Assembly: GCA_963818455.1 (NCBI GenBank)
Contig: CAWFSE010000001.1
Span: 176,729 to 240,728, forward strand
DNA length: 64,000 nt
Source of the DNA: an uncultured Actinomycetota bacterium
GTDB lineage: Bacteria > Actinomycetota > Actinomycetes > CAVWCF01
Direction: 5' to 3'
Translations under genes and position numbers: made by a program
Notes under the pieces: model-generated
What the model was told of the DNA's origin: nothing
What the model saw: the letters and a program-made list of their open reading frames with translations, nothing else
The model's database searches: none
In this document: one piece after another, positions 40,572-51,140 of the stretch
Layout of the letters: each line of letters starts with the position of its first letter
How positions within the stretch are numbered: position 1 is the first letter of the stretch

Positions 40572-42380
40572 TCAGGCGTCGAGGCCGGCGAGGGTGAGGG
40601 CCAGCCGCGCCGGGGCGCCGGCGACGACCCGTACGGGCACGCCCCAGTCCTGCTGGTGCACGTGGCAGGCGGCGTGCTCGGAGTCGTCGTCGCACGAGGC
40701 GGCGCGGGCGGAGACGTGCAGCACGCCTCCCTCGACGCCGTCGGCAAGCACGATCCGGCGGACCAGGGCCGGCCCCGCGCCGGCGCCCTCGGCGAGCAGC
40801 CCGGGCGGCGTCGCCGACACCACGACATGCGTCGACGGCCCGTACCGGTCGTCCAGGTGCTGGCCCGGGGGCGGCTCGAAGACGACGGCCAGCTCGATCG
40901 GCCCGGGCGCCAGCTCGGTCGGCGGCCGCTGGGTGCGCAGCCGGGCGCCGTCGACCCGCCGGGCCTCCCGCGGGACGGGCACCCGCGTCAGCCGGTGCGC
41001 CGCGGACTCGACGACGACGAGCGCCGCGCCCCCGTCGGCCACCAGGACGCCGCTCGGCTCGGCCAGCCCGGTGGCGAGCGTCTCGACGATCGCGCGCGAG
41101 GGGTCGTAGCGGCGGACCGCCCCGTTGTACGTGTCGGCGACCGCGAGCGAGCCGTCCGGCAGCACGGCGAGCCCGAGCGGGTGCTGCAGCAGCGCCTCGC
41201 GGGCCGGCCCGTCGACGTGGCCGAAGTCGAAGAGCCCGGAGCCGACGTGGGTGCGGACCGTGCCGTTGCGCACCTCGCGCAGGCTGGAGGTCTCGGAGTC
41301 GGCCAGCCACAGCGACTCGCCGTCGGCCGCCAGCCCGCTCGTCTGGGCGAACCAGGCGTCGGCGAGGTCGCCGTCGACCAGGCCCTCGTTCGTCGTGCCC
41401 GCCGCGACCGCGACGGCGCCGGTCGCCGGGTCGTACGTCCACAGCTGGTGGTTGCCGGCCATCGCGATCCACACCCGGCCGCCGTGCCAGGCGACATCCC
41501 AAGGCGACGAGAGGCGGTCCGTGCCGTCGCCCTGCATCCACTGGCCGCGGCCGCCGGCCAGGGTCGTGACGGCCCCGTCGGCCAGCCGCACCCCGCGCAA
41601 GGCGTGGTTCACGGTGTCGGCCACGACCACGTCGTAGCCGGCCGCCGAGGCCACGTCGGGGGGCAGCAGCGCGAGGCCGTTCGGCTCGTTGAACCGCGCC
41701 TCGCCCGGCCCGCCGTCGGCCAGCCCTGGATCACCCGAGCCGATCCGGCGCAGCAGGGTCTCGGCGTCCTCGGCCAGCACGGCCAGCGAGTGCCGCCCTG
41801 CGTCGGCGACCAGGAATCCGCCGTCGGGCAGCGCGACCGCCTTGGCCGGGAAGCGCAGCGCGGTCGCGGTCGGGGGCGGGGGCTCGTACGGCGCGTCGCC
41901 ACGGCGCAGCGGTGCCCTTGGACTCGTGCTCGGCCACGAGCTCGGCCAGCAGGGCGTCGAGGGCGTGCGCGTGCCCCTCGCCGGACAGCTGCGCGACGAC
42001 GTACCCCTCCGGGTCGATGAGGGCGAGCGTCGGCCAGGCCCGCACGGCGTACGACCGCCAGGTCGCCAGGTCGGGATCGTCGAGGACGGGGTGCTCGACG
42101 CGGTAGCGCTCGACCGCGGCCTCGACCGCCTCGGGCCTGCCCTCGTGGGCGAACTTGGGCGAGTGCACGCCCACGACGACGAGCACGTCGCGCCACCGCT
42201 CCTCGAGCGGGCGCAGCTCGTCGAGGACGTGCAGGCAGTTGACGCAGCAGAACGTCCAGAAGTCGAGCAGCACGAAGCGGCCGCGCAGGTCGGCCAGGCT
42301 CAGCTCGCGGCCGCCGGTGTTGAGCCACCGCCGCCCGGCCAGCTCGGGGGCGCGGACCCGGCCGCGCGCCCGGATGCCAT
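40572..42380 (-). CDS. Fusion protein with an N-terminal thioredoxin-like (redoxin/TlpA) domain and a C-terminal NHL-repeat beta-propeller, about 600 aa. Frame-disrupted.
   Basis: ..RVRAPELAGRRWLNTGGRELSLADLRGRFVLLDFWTFCCVNCLHVLDELRPLEERWRDVLVVVGVHSPKFAHEGRPEAVEAAVERYRVEHPVLDDPDLATWRSYAVRAWPTLALIDPEGYVVAQLSGEGHAHALDALLAELVAEHE (CxxC redoxin). Then NHL repeats ..FNEPNGLALLP..VVVADTVNHALRGV.., ..SSPWDVAWHGGRVWIAMAGNHQLWTYD.., ..TSGLAADGESLWLADSETSSLREV.., ..LQHPLGLAVLPDGSLAVADTYNGAVRRYD.. Confidence 0.75.
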
Positions 42381-42434
42381 CGGGTGCTGGTCGGCTCTGC
42401 CACGGGAGGCATCTTGCCCCAGCCCGCGGCGCTT

Positions 42435-42498
42435 CCCCGCCCGTACGCGTGCTTGCCGCGGCTCCACAGCGCCGCGGCAGGCACGCGTACGGGCGGGG
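42435..42498. repeat. 27-bp near-perfect inverted repeat (one mismatch, 10-nt spacer) in the divergent intergenic region between the redoxin-NHL and rhodanese genes.
   Basis: CCCCGCCCGTACGCGTGCTTGCCGCGG-ctccacagcg-CCGCGGCAGGCACGCGTACGGGCGGGG. Confidence 0.6.
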
Positions 42499-42546
42499 AG
42501 GCACGCAGGTTGAGGGCCAGGGACGGTCTCGTATACCCTCGGGGGT

Positions 42547-42945
42547 ATGCGATCCGTCTCCCGCGGCCTGGCCGCCGCCGCCCTCGGCCTGGCCCTCGTG
42601 GCCGGCACCGCCGCCTGCTCGTCGGACTCCGCCGCCGTCAGCACCGTCACCCCCGCCGAGGCCTCCACGGCCATCGACGAGGGCGCCACCGTCATCGACG
42701 TGCGCACTCCCGCCGAGTTCGCCGCGGGCCACATCCCCGATGCGGTCAACATCAATGTGGAGTCGGGGTCGTTCGCCGACGAGATCGCCGAGCTCGACCA
42801 GACCGAGACGTACGTCGTCTACTGCCGCACGGGGCGGCGCAGCGCCCTCGCCGCCGACCAGATGGCCGAGGCCGGCTTCAGCTCGGTGAAGGACCTCGGC
42901 GGGCTGTCGTCCTGGGCCAACGCCGGATACCCCGTCGAAACCTGA
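42547..42945 (+). CDS. Single-domain rhodanese (sulfurtransferase-like) secreted/lipoprotein, 132 aa. Intact.
   Basis: MRSVSRGLAAAALGLALVAGTAACSSD signal with a Cys after the hydrophobic core. ..VIDVRTPAEFAAGHIPDAVNINV...YVVYCRTGRRSALAADQMAEAGFSSVKDLGGLSSW has the active-site Cys in the CRTGRRS loop. Confidence 0.75.
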   Translation: MRSVSRGLAAAALGLALVAGTAACSSDSAAVSTVTPAEASTAIDEGATVIDVRTPAEFAAGHIPDAVNINVESGSFADEIAELDQTETYVVYCRTGRRSALAADQMAEAGFSSVKDLGGLSSWANAGYPVET

Positions 42946-42954
42946 GCCTCGGGG

Positions 42955-43737
42955 TCACAGCCGGCGGTTGGCCAGCACGGGGAACGCCTCGCGCCAGCGC
43001 GCGACCTCGGCCAGGTCGACGTCGGCGGTGAGCACCTCGGCGGCCTCCCCGGCCTCGCCCAGCACGTCGCCGCGCGGTCCCACCACGATCGAGCGGCCGC
43101 CCATCGCCTTGCCGCCCTGGGAGCCCGCGGTGTTGCAGGCGACGACGGCGTACTGGTTCTCGACGGCGCGGGCCTGCGCGAGCAGCGTCCAGTGGGCCAC
43201 CCGCGCCTCGGGCCACGCGGCCGGCACGACGACCAGCTCGGCCCCGCGGTCGACCAGTGCGCGGAACATCTCGGGGAACCGCAGGTCGTAGCAGGTCGCC
43301 AGCCCGATCCGGCCGATCGCGGTGGCCGCGACCACGACCTCGTCGCCGGCCCCCAGCAGCATCGGCTCGCCCTCGTCGAAGCCGAACAGGTGGATCTTGC
43401 GGTACGACGCGAGCAGCGAGCCGTCCGGGCCGAGCAGCGCGGAGGTGTTGTAGTGCTTGCCGTCCGCGCCGCGCTCCACGATCGAGCCGGCGTGCACGTG
43501 GGCCCCGATCGCGCGGGCCGCCTCGGCCATCGCCGCCAGGGTCGGCCCGTCGAGCGGCTCGCACTCGGCGTCCCAGCGGTCGTACAGCCAGCCGCCCTGC
43601 GGCCACAGCTCGGGCAGGACCACGAGGTCCGCGCCCGCCTGCGCGCGGACGAGGGCGGCCGCGTGCGTCCTCCGCTCATCGATCGTGAGGGCGTAGTCGG
43701 GGGCGAGCTGGATCACGGCGACGCGCATGGGGCCCAT
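42955..43737 (-). CDS. Carbon-nitrogen hydrolase (nitrilase superfamily), about 257 aa. Intact.
   Basis: MRVAVIQLAP..LVVLPELW (catalytic Glu), ..YRKIHLFGF.. (Lys), ..IGLATCYDLRFPEMFR (catalytic Cys). Single frame. Confidence 0.8.
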   Translation of the reverse strand: MGPMRVAVIQLAPDYALTIDERRTHAAALVRAQAGADLVVLPELWPQGGWLYDRWDAECEPLDGPTLAAMAEAARAIGAHVHAGSIVERGADGKHYNTSALLGPDGSLLASYRKIHLFGFDEGEPMLLGAGDEVVVAATAIGRIGLATCYDLRFPEMFRALVDRGAELVVVPAAWPEARVAHWTLLAQARAVENQYAVVACNTAGSQGGKAMGGRSIVVGPRGDVLGEAGEAAEVLTADVDLAEVARWREAFPVLANRRL

Positions 43738-43859
43738 CTTCCCCCCTCGACGCCGGCTCGCCCGGGAGTAGGGACCTGAGGACCTTGCGCACTACCCCGC
43801 GAACCGGTAGACGCGCAGCCTGGGAGTGGAAAGGAAACCCCAACCGGGGGGTGACTGCC

Positions 43860-46270
43860 ATGGCAGCGAACCTTCGCACCAGGCTCCGGGCAGTCGCCAT
43901 CGCCGTCGCGTGCCTGGGACTCGTCGTCTCGGCACCCAGCGCAGTGGCGAAGCCGGGAGCGCCCAAGCCGCCGAAGGCCACCGCGGCCATCAGCGGCATC
44001 GTCTACGACCACCTCGGCACCGTCTTACCCGGCGCCAAGGTCACCCTGTACGCCCTGTCCGGGCCTGGCCCAGGGCTGTCCCGAGGTCAGCGGGGACGAC
44101 TGGTCAGCCGCCGGGTCCGCAACCACCACCAGCGCCGGCACGTACTCGATTCCTGTCCAGCCCGGCGGCTACCGGATCGGCGTGACGCCGGCAAACCTGG
44201 CCACTGACTCCTTCGGCTACCGCGTGGACAACGCGCAGGTCACAAGCTGGGTCGGCTGGGCCGGTGACGTGTTCGTCGGGACCGCCGGCCGCAGCGGGAT
44301 CAACGTGCACCTCACGACGCCCGCGTCCATCACCGGCACGGTGTACGAGAGCGCCTACCCGGTGCCCGAGCCCCGGCCCACGACGACGCTCGCCGGGATG
44401 CGCGTGCGGGCGGTGACCGACTACAGCGGCCAGACCCAGCGGATCGCCCCCGAGACGCTGACCCTGGCCGACGGCACGTACACGATCGCCGGGCTCCCCA
44501 CTGCGGTGCCCGACCCGATCCTGTCCACGCGGCCGTGAATGAGGCCCTCCAGTACGGCCTCGTCCTCAGCGACCCGACCGGCTGGCACGGCATCGTGATC
44601 TGGTGGCACACCATGCTCGGCGACCCGCAGCTACTTCGGCTTCGAGCTGCCCACGGTCGACCTGTCGGCCGGGGCGGCGCAGACCCGCGACGCCTGGCTG
44701 GAGCCGTCCAGCCGGATCACCGGCGTCGTGACCAACGCCAAGGGCCGCCCGGTTGCGGGCGTCTTCGTCGACTACCTGAGCGCGTTCCCCTGGCCGCCCG
44801 TGCAGACCGACGCCAAGGGCCGCTACGCGATCACCGCGATGTACGACCCCGGGCAGCCGGCTGGCGCGATCCTGCGCTACCGCGACGAGAGCGGCGCCTA
44901 CCGCGAGGTCCTGTCGGGAGGTGTGCAGTGGGCCGCGGAGGCCACCCCGGTGTTAGTCCCCGACGAGCCTGGGCATGAGGTCGTTGCCAATGTGACCCTG
45001 CCGGGCAGCCCAGCCACCATCACGGGCGCGGTCTGGTACGCCGCGGGCGTTCCGGCCTCCGACGCGTGGGTCGGGGCCTACAACCCCGACTTCGCCGATC
45101 CCAATTCGGACTGGAGCGCTGGCATTGGCTCAGTGGCCTGCGACGGGTCCTTCCGCATCGTCGGCCTGTGGCCTGGCGCCTACACCGTGTGGCTGGGCGC
45201 CGACACCGCGATGGAGTCCCGCTACGTCACCCTGGCCGAGGGTCAGACCGCGTCGCTCGGCACCGTGCTGCTGCCCAGCGGGATCGTCCAGGGCCAGGTC
45301 GTCGACGACGCGACGGGGGAGTCGCTCGCCGGCATCCAGGTCGACCTCTACCAGTGGCTCGACGAGGTCGGCGACTTCGTGCCGCTGGCCGATGCGTACC
45401 CGGGGTGGTGGAGTGGCTACGCCAGTGCGCGTGATGTCACCGACGGCAACGGCCAGTTCCGGGTGTTCTCACCCAGCCCGTGCGTCGTGGTCGGCTTCCA
45501 CGACACCGCTCGGCAGGGTGCCCGACGAGTACTGGCCCAACCAGCCCGCCGCTGACTCGGCCGAGCTGGTCTGCGACGACAACCTGTACGACAACCAGGC
45601 CGCCATGCTCGACGTCGGCCTTGGGTTGTACGTCCGCGGGGTGACCGGCACGGTGCTCGACTCCTCCGGTCAGCCCGCCCCGGTGACGGTCGTGCTCCGC
45701 AATGCGGGCGACTGGTCTGAGTTCGCCTGGATCGATGCCCCTGAGGGCAGTTGGGCGTTCACGACCGGGCCGTCGCTGGCGGCGATCGAGGCGATCGTCG
45801 AGTTCCGCGCCCCGTGGGGTGAGCAGTACGGCTGGTACAGCGACCAGTACCCGGGCTTCCTCGCACCGGCCTACCAAGGCGGCGAGAACGCCACCCCGGT
45901 GCGGCTCGCGCCGCAGCCACCTGACCTCGCCGTCCAGATCCCGCTCTCCGGGCTGACCGGGGTCGTGACGCCGGCCGCCGGCGTGGCCGTGACGCTGGAG
46001 TGGGATCTCCCTGGCGGCGGTCAGGTGCACCTTTCGCCGATCGCCTACGACGAGACCACCGGGGCGTTCACCTTCGAGGTGCTGGGTCCGGGGGCCTCGA
46101 CGCACGGCTGGAAGGTCCGGTTCGACCGTCCCGGCTCGGTCTTCTGGTACGACCTCGAATCAGTCGGCCACGCAACGGCTGATCGCGCACAGGCCGACGA
46201 GGTCTTCCTCGGGCCATGGGGCGGCTACCCCGCCCTGGAAACGGTCGCACTGCCCGACCCACCCGGATGA
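43860..46270 (+). CDS. Large (about 800 aa) secreted protein built from at least 7 carboxypeptidase-regulatory-like (CarboxypepD_reg / transthyretin-like) beta-sandwich repeats. No recognisable catalytic domain. Frame-disrupted.
   Basis: MAANLRTRLRAVAIAVACLGLVVSAPSAVAKPGAPKPPKA signal. Recurrent [IV][TS]G.V.D..G.P.AGV.V.LY units: ISGIVYDHLGTVLPGAKVTLYAL, ITGTVYESAY.., ITGVVTNAKGRPVAGVFVDYLS, ITGAVWYAAGVPASDAWVGAY, VQGQVVDDATGESLAGIQVDLYQ, VTGTVLDSSGQPAPVTVVL, LTGVVTPAAGVAVTLEW. Confidence 0.6.
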
Positions 46271-46319
46271 CTCGCGCAACCTGGCTCGCGTCCGGGCGCA
46301 CCTCAGGCGCCCGGACGCC

Positions 46320-47728
46320 TCACGTCTCGCGCAGGTCGGCCCGCACGACCTTGCCCATCGCGTTGCGGGGCAGGGCCGGCAGCCGCACCCACCGGCGCGG
46401 GCGCTTGTAGGGGGCGACCCGGTCGGCCAGGTGCGCGGCGAGCGCCTCGTCGGAGACGGGCTCCCGCTCCACGACGTACGCGGCGACGACCTCGCCCCAC
46501 TCGGGGTCGGGCGCGCCGACGACCGCGACGTCGGCGACCGCCGGGTGCGTGCGCAGCGCGTCCTCGACCTCGCGCGGGTAGACGTTGTAGCCGCCGGTGA
46601 TGATCAGCTCGCTGGCGCGCCCGACGAGGCGCAGGTGGCCCGCCTCGTCCCACTCGCCGAGGTCGCCGGTGCGGAACCAGCCGTCGGCGGTGAACGCCGC
46701 CTCGGTCGCCTCGCGTCTGGCGCCAGTAGCCGGCGAACACGTTCGGGCCGCGCACCTCCACCCCGCCGTCGTCGGCCAGCCGGATCTCGACCCCCGGCAG
46801 CGGCCGCCCCACCGTCCCCGCGCGGCGCTCGCCGTGCAGCGGGTTCGCCGCGAGCATCACGGTCTCGCTCATCCCGTACCGCTCCAGCGGCGCCTGCCCG
46901 GTCGCCGAGCGCACCGCCTCGAACAGATCGGGCGGCAACGGCGCCGAGCCGGAGACCAGCAGCCGCAGCGCCGCCAGCTCGGGCAGCCGCGGCGAGGCGG
47001 CCAACCTCGCCCACATCGTCGGGACCCCGAAGAACATCGTCGCGTCGTGGTCGCGTACGGCGTCGGCGACCGCGTCCGGGCTGAAGGCGGGCAGCACCAC
47101 CGCGGACGCCCCCGCCAGGAGGGTGCCGTTCACGCCGACACCCAGGCCGTGCATGTGGAACAGCGGCAGCGCCAGCACCAGCCGGTCGGCCGGCGTCCAC
47201 CCCCACGCCTCGACCAGCGACCGCGCGCCGGCGAGCAGGTTGGCGTGCGAGAGCACCGCGCCCTTGGGCCGCCCGGTGGTGCCGGAGGTGTAGGCGATCA
47301 TCGCCGGGTCGCCCGGCGCCGAGGCGTCCACCTCGATCGCTGGCCCCTCCGGCAGCGACGCCAGCGAGGCCGCGGCGGGCACCCCGAGGCCCTCGACCCG
47401 CGCCGGGTCGTCGAGCACCGCGAAGGCGGGCGCCGGAGTCGCTGACGAGGTGCTCCAGCTCCGGCCGGGTGTACGCGGTGTTGGCCGGCACCACGACCGC
47501 GCCGAGGCGCAGCGCCGCGACGTACGCCACCACCGTCGCCGGCGACGGCGCGCAGGACAGCAGCACGCGGTCTCCGCGGCCGACCCCCGCGGCGGCCAGC
47601 CGGGAGGCGCCGTCGCGGGTGCAGCGGTCCAGCTCGCGCGCGTCGGCTGCTGGGCCGTCCGGCCCGAGGAGCACCGCGCGGTCGGGGTCGGCCGCCCAGC
47701 GCCGCGCCCACGCACGTGTCAACACCAC
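46320..47728 (-). CDS. AMP-dependent synthetase/ligase (acyl-CoA synthetase, FadD-like). Frame-disrupted.
   Basis: ..AMIAYTSGTTGRPKGAVLSHANLLAGA.. (AMP-binding P-loop). ..LPLFHMHGLGVGVNG.. ..RYGMSETVMLAANPLHGERRAGTVGRPLPGVEIRLADDGG..EVRGPNVFAGYW... The real C-terminus is in another frame; TGA at about 46320. Confidence 0.8.
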
Positions 47729-47764
47729 GCCCCGACCCTAGGCGCCCGTGTCTAGGGTGCGGGG

Positions 47765-48581
47765 ATGGGATTCGACCTCGATGCCGCCATCGCCGCGTAC
47801 GTCGACACGCTGGACCGCGCGCAGGCGTTCTACGCGGACCTGCCCGACGCCGAGTGGGCCGCGGCCGACCGAGCTCGCCGGCTGGTCGGTGCAGGATCTG
47901 GCGTCGCACATCATCGCGATCGAGAGGGACACCCTCGGCGACCCGGCGCCCGAGCACGTGCCGGACTGGGACGCCCTGCCCCACGCGGCCGGCCCGGTGA
48001 GCCAGTACACGGAGGTGGGCGTCGACCTGCGCCGCTCCCGTACGCCCGACGAGATCCGCGCCGAGCTGGCCGAGGTGGTCGAGCGGCGCAGGCCCGACCT
48101 CGCGGCGACCCCGCGCGAGCCGGACGCGCCGGTGCGCGGCCCGGCGGGGATGACGGCGCCCGCCTCGCGGATCTACCCGATGCGGACGTTCGACATCTGG
48201 GCGCATCTGCAGGACGCCCGCCGCGCCACCGCGCGGCCCGGCGACCTCGACTCGCCGGGTGGCCAGGTCACCCGCGAACGCCTCGTGCGCGCGCTGGGCA
48301 TCCTGCTCAGCAAGGAGCTCGCGGCGCCCCCTGGCTCGGCCGTGCGGTTCACCGTCAGCGGCGCGGTGGCGTTCGATGTCGACCTCGTGGTCGGGGCCGA
48401 CGGGCGCGGGGCCGCGCACCCGGCCGAGGACGGCGTCGCGGACGCGCAGATCAGCATGGACTGGGAGACGTTCGTCCGGCTCGGCTGCGGGCGCGCGCCG
48501 CTGGACGAGCTGCCGATCCGGGTCGACGGCGACCCGGCGCTCGCACGCCGGCTGCTCGCCGTCGCCTCGATCACCCCCTGA
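47765..48581 (+). CDS. Mycothiol-dependent maleylpyruvate-isomerase-family (MDMPI/DinB-like, TIGR03083-type) protein. Frame-disrupted once near the N-terminus.
   Basis: MGFDLDAAIAAYVDTLDRAQAFYADLPDAEWAAAD.. then ..TELAGWSVQDLASHIIAIERDTLG.. and the C-terminal MDMPI domain. Confidence 0.7.
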
Positions 48582-48623
48582 GCCGAGCCGCCGTACGGCC
48601 TGAGCGACGCGGCTGTCCACAGC

Positions 48624-48673
48624 GGGGGTCACACCGGAGCGGGGCATCCGACACGTTCGAACGTGTGACCCCC
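48624..48673. terminator. Hairpin between the convergent MDMPI and BCKDH E2 genes. Probable bidirectional terminator.
   Basis: GGGGGTCACAC ... GTGTGACCCCC (11-bp arms) enclosing the perfect 14-bp palindrome CACGTTCGAACGTG. Confidence 0.4.
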
Positions 48674-48690
48674 GCCTCAACCGTTGTGTC

Positions 48691-50138
48691 TCAGACCGAG
48701 TAGAGGGCGGGCTCCTCGAGGAGGCGGGCCACGTCGGCCAGGACGATGGAGCCGGCCGCGCCGTCGATGTGGCGGTGGTCGAACGACAGCGTCAGCTCCA
48801 TCACCTGGCGTGGAACCACCTGGCCGCCGACCACCCAGGGCTTCAGCCGCACCGCGCCCATGCACAGGATCGCGGCCTCGCCGGGGTTGATGATCGGGGT
48901 GCCGCCGTCGACGCCGAAGACCCCGACGTTGGTGATGGTGATCGTGCCGCCGGACATGTCGGCCGGGGTCGTCCGGCCCGCCTTGGCCGTCTCGACCAGG
49001 GCGTTCAGCGCGCGGGCCAGGTCGGGCAGCGCGAGCGCCTGGGCGCCCTTGACGTTGGGCACGACCAGCCCGCGCGGGGTGGCCGCGGCGATTCCGAGGT
49101 TGACGTGCCGCCGGACGACGACCTCGCCCGCCTCGCCCGCCTCGGCGTCGAAGAACGAGTTGGCGATCGGCGTCCGCCGGACCGCCTCGATGAGCGCCCG
49201 CGCCACCAGCAGCAGCGGCGACAGCCGGATCCCCTCGTACGCCGGCAGCCGGCGCATCCGCTCGAGCAGCTCGATCGAGCGCGTGACGTCGACCTCGACC
49301 CACTCGGTGACGTGCGGGATCGAGAACGCCGATGCCGCCATCGCCTCGGCCATCAGCCGGCGCACGCCGCGCACCGGCTCGCGCACCTCGGACTCGCCCG
49401 GCTCGCCGGCCGCGACGGCGCCCGAGGAGGCGGGCGCGCCACCCCCGGGCCAGGCCGTCACCTCTGGGGTGACAGACAGCCCCTCGGCCGCCAGCCGGAC
49501 GTCGTCGCGGGTGACCGTGCCGTGCGGGCCGCTGGCCGCCACCGCCGCGAGGTCGACGCCGAGCTCGCGGGCCAGCTTGCGGACCAGCGGCTTGGCCCGC
49601 ACCCGGGCCGCGGGCTCGGCCACGGTCGCGCCCTGCTCGGCCAGCGCCCGCTCGGCGGCGCGCCCGACCTCGAGCCCGCCGTGGCGCACCGGCTTCACGG
49701 CCTCGCCGGGCGGGCCCGCCTCGACCCGCATCGTGCCGTGCGGGTCGGCCGCGGGCAGCCGGGGCCGGCGCCGCGTCGAGGCCTCCGTCACGCCGTAGCC
49801 CACCAGCACCGGCCCGGAGCCGGCGCCGTTCGCGGCCAGCCCAGCCGGGGCGGCCGGCGAGGCCGGAGACCGTTGCGGCGGCGGGGCTTTCGGCCACCGC
49901 GATCGCGATGATCGGGTCGCCCACCGGGACGACCTGCCCCTCGGCCGCGCGCAGCTCGGCCACCACGCCGGCGTACGGCGAGGGCAGCTCGATCGCGGCC
50001 TTGGCCGTCTCGACCTCGCACGAGCGGCTGGTTGACCACGACGGTGTCGCCGACCGCGACGAGCCACTTGAGGATCTCGCCCTCGGTGAGCCCCTCGCCG
50101 GCGTCCGGCATTGCGAAGACGCGCACCTGCTCGGCCAT
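48691..50138 (-). CDS. bkdC: Branched-chain alpha-keto-acid dehydrogenase E2 (dihydrolipoamide acyltransferase). Frame-disrupted.
   Basis: Lipoyl domain MAEQVRVFAMPDAGEGLTEGEILKWLVAVGDTVVVNQPLV...VAELRAAEGQVVPVGDPIIAI. E3-binding PLVRKLARELGVDLAAVAASGPHGTVTRDDV. Catalytic ..LTLSFDHRHIDGAAG... Ribosome-binding site GAGGAGG before the ATG at 50138. Confidence 0.85.
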
Positions 50139-50149
50139 CGCCCGCCTCC

Positions 50150-51140
50150 TCAGTACGCCAGCACGCGGTCGACGGCGTCGAGCACGCGGTCGAGGTCGGG
50201 CAGGTAGAGCTTCTCCACCCGCGACGGCGGGTACGGCGTGTGGAACCCGCCCACCCGCAGCACCGGCGCCTCGAGGGCGTAGAAGCACCGCTCGGTGACC
50301 CGCGCGGCCAGCTCGGCGCCGAGGCCGAGGAACACCGGCGCCTCGTGCACCACGACGAGCCGCCCGGTCCTGTCCACCGAGTGCGCGACCGCGTCGACGT
50401 CCAGCGGCGAGATCGAGCGCAGGTCGATCACCTCGACGTCGCGGCCCTCGCCCGCCGCGGCCTCCGCCGCCTCCAGGCAGGTGCGCACCATCGGCCCGTA
50501 GCAGGCGACCGTCACGTCCTCGCCCGGCCGCACGACGCGCGCGCGGTCGTACGGGTAGGACGCGTGCGCCGGGTCGAGCACGTCGTCGGCGTCGGCCTTG
50601 TCCCAGTAGCGGCGCTTCGGCTCGAAGAAGACCACCGGGTCGTTGGCCGCGATCGCCTGCTGCACCATCCAGTACGCGTCGGCCGGGCTGCTCGGCGTGA
50701 CGACCCGCAGGCCCGCGGTGTGCGCGAAGTACGCCTCCGGCGACTCGCTGTGGTGCTCGACCGCGCCGATCCCGCCGCCGTACGGGATGCGGATCGTGAT
50801 CGGCATCGGCACCTTGCCGTCGGAGCGCGCGTGCATCTTGGCGATCTGGGTGGTGATCTGGTCGAAGGCGGGGAAGACGAAGCCGTCGAACTGGATCTCG
50901 ATCACCGGCCGGAAGCCGCGGATCGCCAGGCCGACGGCGGCGCCGACGATGCTCGACTCGGCCAGCGGGGCGTCGACGACGCGGTGCTCGCCGAAGTCCT
51001 TCTGCAGCCCGTCGGTGATCCGGAAGACCCCGCCGAGCTTGCCGATGTCCTCGCCGAGCAGGACCACCTTGGGGTCCTGCTCCAGCGCGCGGCGCAGGCC
51101 GAGGTTGAGCGCCTTGCCCAGGGTCAGCGTCTCGGCCATC
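50150..51140 (-). CDS. bkdB: BCKDH/pyruvate dehydrogenase E1 beta subunit. Intact within the long ORF.
   Basis: MAETLTLGKALNLGLRRALEQDPKVVLLGEDIGKLGGVFRITDGLQKDFGEHRVVDAPLAESSIVGAAVGLAIRGFRPVIEIQFDGFVFPAFDQ... to ..DRVLDAVDRVLAY*. ATG overlaps the E1 alpha stop (ATGA). Confidence 0.9.
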
